Positions 59,013 to 64,000 of a stretch of DNA of 64,000 nt are shown in pieces. The DNA is from Sminthopsis crassicaudata (taxonomy: Eukaryota), in assembly GCF_048593235.1 (NCBI RefSeq), contig NC_133617.1:13211607-13275606 (forward strand), written 5' to 3'. Positions within the stretch are counted from its first letter, which is position 1; each line of letters starts with the position of its first letter. The position numbers were made by a program, and so were the translations under genes. The notes under the pieces were generated by a model, which made no database searches, was not told the origin of the DNA, and was given only the letters and a program-made list of their open reading frames with translations.

Positions 59013-60779
59013 GGTTCCGGAGTCACTAAGGGCCAGTGGCAAAGCCAGAACGGCAGGTTTCCACGCAGTGGATGACCTCGGTATCTCCACTCGGTGGCTG
59101 TTGGAACGAAATTTTCTCATCTCTTCCCTTCTTGCAGAAGTCTTCCCACACTAAGGTCCACAGGGGCTGATTCGGCCAATGGGGGAAGTCTTGGGCTGTA
59201 CATCCTAAGTCGTAGATGCCCTTGAAAGTTGCTTTAACCTCTGCTGAGATGGGGTCCCTGGGCACGGCCGCCTTGGTAGGTGGGCACATTTGGCACATAA
59301 GGACCAACGCCTCTGGTGGCCTACTTTCTATACCCCGGACTTGACATAGGCTCGAACTGGTGCCCATTTGGGTGAACAAAAGAGGGGTGAGTTTGAAAAA
59401 TGGGCACGATGGCTCCGGCCAGGACCAGGAGACGGGCCACATCCATGGACGACCTAGAGCCTGCAAAACTTGGACCACAGACTGAATTTCATGTGTAGCA
59501 ATCGGGTAAAAGGGGGAAAGATGAGATAATAAATATGAGATCCTTCGGAACGACCCGGGTTTCTGCAAACTTGGTAGTGGGGATCTTATGCAATGATCCC
59601 TAAAACATTGTCATATGAGACATAACGGGGAGGTGAGTTACTGTGTCACTGGGAAGAGAGGTAGGGGTCAGAGGTCGGGGCCTCTCTCAGGCTCTGTCCA
59701 GGCCTGCCGTTTCATTTGTCTGAGTGGCCCCTGAGGACTCTGGATCCCAGGAAACCTCGGGGGAGCATGGGCCAGGCTGGGCCCAGGTGGGGGAGGGACA
59801 GCGGGCTGTATGGCACTGTAGTTACGGGATTGGGGGGGGGGGATTTGGAGGGAGCCGTTTTACTTGGCCGGGTCCCAGGAAGCAGATTGTTCTGAAGGAG
59901 CTGATGAGCCAGTGCGAGCGGAGGAAGTGGAGCCATGGACTGGGCTGCAGTTCTATGAGTTTGGCTGTGCAGGGAAGGAGATGGGAGGCTGAGGGAGTGG
60001 CTGAGTCAAGTGGAGGCTCAGAAGGTGAGGGGAGCTGAGCAGAATTAGTTGGGGGCAGGAAGGGAGGAGCCTGGAGGGGCCTTTAGAGGAAAATATGGGG
60101 GAATGGAAACCCCTGAGCCCGCGGGGTGAAGGACGGCCGGGGTGTCGCCAGCAGGAGAGGAAGGGCTTATTTTGTCCAAAGTCAAGGCCTCTGCTGAGTT
60201 GGGGAATAAGAAGGGGGCGAGGCCTGGGAGGCTGGAGGAGAGACAGGTTTTGGACATCGAGGCCGAATGGAGGGAACAGACGGCAGCAGAGGAGATACCG
60301 GCGATGGGATCCCGTGGAGGCAGGCTCCAGGTCTGGGATCTGCAGGACGGATCCTTGGCTGGAGGAGGAGGGGGAGCCAGGATTCTCTACCCTCCCCCTA
60401 GCCTGGGGCCAATGGGAAGCGCTGGAGTCCCGACCCCTCTTGGGACGGGGAAGTGGGAGGACCCTTGGGCCTGAGAGCTCGGCCCATCTGCCGCCCCCGC
60501 TGGACGTCGGGTTCTTCCCCAGAGTAACCCCCTAGATGCCCCCTTGTGCTTTTCCCATTACTTTATCCGGATGCCGACCTGCCAGTCAGCCGTGGGTTGG
60601 ACTCCGGGAAGGTGGGGAAAGCCTCCCCAGTGAGGGCGGTGGAGGCGCTGCGACTTTCTGCCTCCGTCCTTTTTCGCTCTTAGGCCCCACTTCCGTCCTG
60701 GGCCTCAGTTTCCCCAGCTAAAGTGGAGTTAGTTGCTGGGCCTGTGGCCTCGGCTTCTGGGAAAGAAGCCTCCCAGTCA

Positions 60780-61720
60780 GCGGGGGAGGGCGGGGCCCAG
60801 AGAGCCGAGGGGGCGGGCCCGCGGATCCCGGATCCAGGCGGCGGGGCGAGCGGAGCCGGGGCCCGGACGGGGCCGTTCGCGGGGTTCGAGGGAGCCAGCG
60901 CGGGAGCCCCCGGCCGCGCCGTCTGCGGCCCGAATCTCCCCAGCCTGGGCGTGGCCGGTCCAACGAGCCCAGAGCGACCCCCGCGGGACCCCTGCGCGCC
61001 CCTGCAGGCTCCCGGCCGGCCTCCCAGGGTTCCCGGACGTCGCTTTGCGTGGCTGGAACCCGGGCACCCGGTACACGCGTGGGGCCCGCCTCCTCCCCCC
61101 TAGCCTCTCCCCCCCCCATTCCAGAAGGGCCAGCCAGCGGGGGCGTGGCCCGGAGAGTGTGGCTCGAGGATTGGCTGGCCCCGAGGGTTCTGAGGGGGCG
61201 GGGCCAGTGCCGGGGAGTTTCAGGGGGCGTGGCGTGGGCCCGGGCGCTCCGAGGGGGCGGGCCGGGAGCTCCTGCAGCCGCCGCCGTCGCCGCCGCCGCA
61301 GCCGGAGGAGGAGGATCCGGGGCCTGGCGCTGGCTGGGCGGCTGTGGGGCCCGGCAGCAGCAGCCGCCGCCGCCTCGGCGGCCCCTCGCTCCTCCTCCTC
61401 CTCCTCCTCGGAGCGGCCTCCTCCCTGCCCGGGCCTCGGGCTCGGCGCGCCCATGGAGCTGCACATCCTGGAGCACCGGGTCCGGGTGCTGAGCATCGCG
61501 CGCCCCGGACTCTGGCTCTACACGCACCCGCTTGTCAAGCTGCTCTTCCTGCGGCAGCGGAGCCGGTAAGGCGAAGGCCGGGGGCGCGGGGGCCTGCCCG
61601 CCCCCGGGCCCCTCCCTGCCGGGGCTGGGGGGGGGGCAGAGAAGCCCGTCCCCCCGCCCTCCAGCCCTCTGTCTCCGCTGCTCCCCGAGCCCGCTCCGCA
61701 CCCCGGATCATCCCCACTTT
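60780..61720 (+). promoter_or_regulatory. CpG-island promoter of CASTOR1
   Basis: CpG-dense; ATTGG at 61170; several GGGGCGG/GGGGCGTGG boxes at 61140-61263; GCC-repeat 5' UTR; Kozak gcccATGG. Confidence 0.85.
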
Positions 61721-62418
61721 CCAGAAGGGGCCACTGAGATTCCGGGAGGTTGTAACGACTTGCCCAGAGACGCCCAGAAAGTGAACGGGGGCCTCGCGCT
61801 CCCCTCCCCCAGCTTGCTGGGGCTTGCCCCGCTCCGAGACTGCTATATTAACGGGGAGGTGTCGCCGCCCTCCGCTTTCTAGCCGCCCTGGCCCAGCCCG
61901 AGCCGTGACTCCCCCCCCCCCCCCCAACCTCAGTTGCCTCTTTGGAACACGAGCCCTTCCGATCCCGCGGGAGCTTGGAGCCGCAGCTCTCTGTGGGTCA
62001 GTGGGTCAGAGGGCCGGTACCAGCAGGGGTCACCCGAGCCAGCTCCGGGAGAATGCTGGGGAGGTGGCTCCTTCCTCCCAGCGAGGAGGAAAGGACTGGG
62101 CTGGGTGGCTGCTTCCCCAAGCTGGGATTCTGGGAAGGCTCAGGATCACCTGCACCCATCTTCCCCTTCCTCCTCCTCCCTCCCCACGGGCCGAGGCTCC
62201 GGGAGACCTAATTTGTTCTGCTTGACTGCAGCCTGAGCAAAGTCCACTGGCTCCTTAAGTCTGGCTCATCCTCCCCTCCCCCCCCCCCCCCGGACTTTGG
62301 GATGGGGGGATGAGGCTTTGGCTCATGGAGGGGTCCCCTCTCCCCAGGTGCAAGTTTTTCAGCCTGACAGAAACCCCAGAAGATTACACCCTAATGCTGG
62401 ATGAAGAAGGATATAAAG
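61453..62418 (+). CDS. CASTOR1: Cytosolic arginine sensor for mTORC1 subunit 1 (GATSL3), exons 1-2; remainder beyond the window
   Basis: join(61453-61565,62348-62418): MELHILEHRVRVLSIARPGLWLYTHPLVKLLFLRQRSR|CKFFSLTETPEDYTLMLDEEGYK; donors gtaagg and gtactg; synteny with TBC1D10A and SF3A1. Confidence 0.96.
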
Positions 62419-63325
62419 GTACTGGCTTCTGGTCTCTACTGTCTCCTCTCCTCAACCCCCCTCCCCCCCAGGGATGCCCCTTGACTGCCCATGTGGGCCA
62501 GGCGTCTGCCCTCCTCAGGATGGGGGGGGCCTGGGGCAAGAGCAAAGGATGGAGGCAGCGAAATGACCCCCAGCTGCCCCAGCCTAGAGCAGAACCCCCC
62601 CCAAGAGGGACCGAGCCTCCCAGGAGAGGCTGGGGGAGAGTCCTGCTGAGGACGTTCTGGGGCGGCCTCGCGGAGGCTCTTTGGGCTGTGGACCCCGGTT
62701 CTGCTGCTCCGTGTGGCTGTGTGATATTGGCCAAGTCACTTCCTTTTCCAAGATTGCGGTTTCCTTTGGGGTAAAATACTAATAGCACATATTTTTAGAT
62801 AACTTGAAGGAATTCAAGGCCCTTTGGACTAGAAGAGCTGCCCGCTGCACTCCACATCCTCGAGGAGGGAGCAGAATGACTGCCCCCCCCCTCAGGGTGA
62901 TAGTGGGATTTCCTGAAATCAGGAATCAGCTGAGGGCCTAGGATCTGGGTGGGGGTGGGGTAGATGGGAGTCAGCAGGTGATTGAGACAAATGGAGAAGC
63001 TGTTCTGAGTCTGGACCCCAGGTGTTGCTGCATGAGTGTCGGTGAGCCGGGTCTCGGAGCTAGAAGCCGCCTGCCTTCGGTCCCCTTTCTATTTCCTGTT
63101 GTGGCTCAGATTCGGGGCCTGGTGCCTGGGGATGCCAAGCTTCTGCCGAGCTCACCTTCTGCACAGAGGACTCGGCCGGGAGCAGGCCCCGGGCACCCTG
63201 GCTCGGGTCCCAGACACTGGCCGGGAATATGCGCCCTCTAAGGAACTTAGGCTCTACCCGGTGGGGGGTGTAGTACATAACAATAGTGATCAAAATGGAC
63301 ATTCACATAGCTCTTTAAAGTTGGC

Positions 63326-63504
63326 TTTTTTTTTTTTTTTAATTTTTTAAATTTATTTATTTATTTTTTTCCTGAGGCTGGGGTTAAGTGACTTGCCCAG
63401 GGTCACACAGCTAGGAAGTGTTAAGTGTCTGAGACCAGATTTGAACTCGGGTCCTCCTGAATTCAGGACTGGTGCTCTATCCACTGCTCCACCTAGCTGC
63501 CCCC
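63326..63504 (-). mobile_element. Young WSINE1-type SINE with poly(A) tail and perfect TSD
   Basis: T-rich tail at 63326-63370, body to 63504, flanked by AAAGTTGGC(TTTTT) at 63317 and 63505. Confidence 0.92.
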
Positions 63505-63869
63505 AAAGTTGGCTTTTTTTTGGGGGGGGGTAGAGAGACAGCTAGTGACTGATGTTGGATTTGAATTCAGCTCTTCCTTATTCTTTATCTTGAAATCTCA
63601 TTTAATACACGTTTAGCAGAGTTATTTCAAAAAGTGGGACTAACAGCCATGAGAATGTATCACCTCTGTGGGTACTTCCATCGGTAGTGTAAGTCAGCTT
63701 CGATACTGTTGCCCTTTTTCCTCCGTTGGCTTTACCCGGTCATGGACAATTTCGCTCTTTGATACTGTTGCCCTTGTTGGCTTTACCTGGTCATGGACAT
63801 TGACGTTCTTGACAATTACTGTAAGAATGATTATAGCTGATTTTTTCTTAGTCTGATGTTTGCCTTGCT

Positions 63870-64000
63870 AGGGGAAGGTCTCAAACGACGGCCTTCGGGC
63901 CAGATGTAGCCAATGATGTGGCCCGCCGGGTTATGGCAAATGGGCTGAGGGCCGAGATAGTGTGAGCTTTTGTTTTTACTCTAGTCCGGCCCTCCCACAG
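63870..64000. mobile_element. hAT/OC1-like MITE, cut by the window end (opposite orientation to the 20466 copy)
   Basis: ggtctcaaacgacggcc..gggccagatg..gggttatggcaaatgggctgagg..tagtccggccctcccacag is the reverse complement of segments in 20466-20645. Confidence 0.75.

Noticed and set aside
58702-59616. GTCATAT at 58702 and 59610 as a TSD for the L1/unknown-ORF chimera
   Set aside because: Only 7 bp and not adjacent to the A-tail; compatible with chance.
60718-61701. 327-aa - strand and 278-aa + strand ORFs at the CASTOR1 promoter
   Set aside because: GC-rich low-complexity frames. Only the part of the + ORF from ATG 61453 is real (CASTOR1 exon 1).
1-64000. tRNA, rRNA or CRISPR arrays
   Set aside because: None seen. 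The tRNA-like boxes belong to SINE heads, and the tandem repeats lack unique spacers.

Overview
GC-rich vertebrate genomic window. It is a marsupial, probably a dasyurid, judged from WSINE1-type SINEs, OC1-like hAT MITEs and marsupial L1/LTR relics. It is syntenic with human 22q12.2. Four co-oriented + strand genes: the 3' half of SF3A1 (9 exons, 424-4278), complete TBC1D10A (9 exons, 12256-41285, 515 aa), an extra 7-exon gene (49021-57281, 677 aa) and the first two exons of CASTOR1/GATSL3 (61453-62418). The extra gene is the main finding. Its exons splice with canonical GT-AG sites into one uninterrupted frame encoding a GIN/Ginger (Gypsy-integrase-like) domain. All three D-D-E catalytic positions are substituted, and the domain is fused to a roughly 270-aa Gln/Pro/Met-rich repeat tail. 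It looks like a domesticated, catalytically dead transposase gene sitting where eutherians, as I recall, have only a short TBC1D10A-CASTOR1 intergenic gap. Exon coordinates were read by hand from the sequence. Repeat boundaries are approximate. Comparisons to human proteins and repeat consensuses are from memory; no database searches were run.
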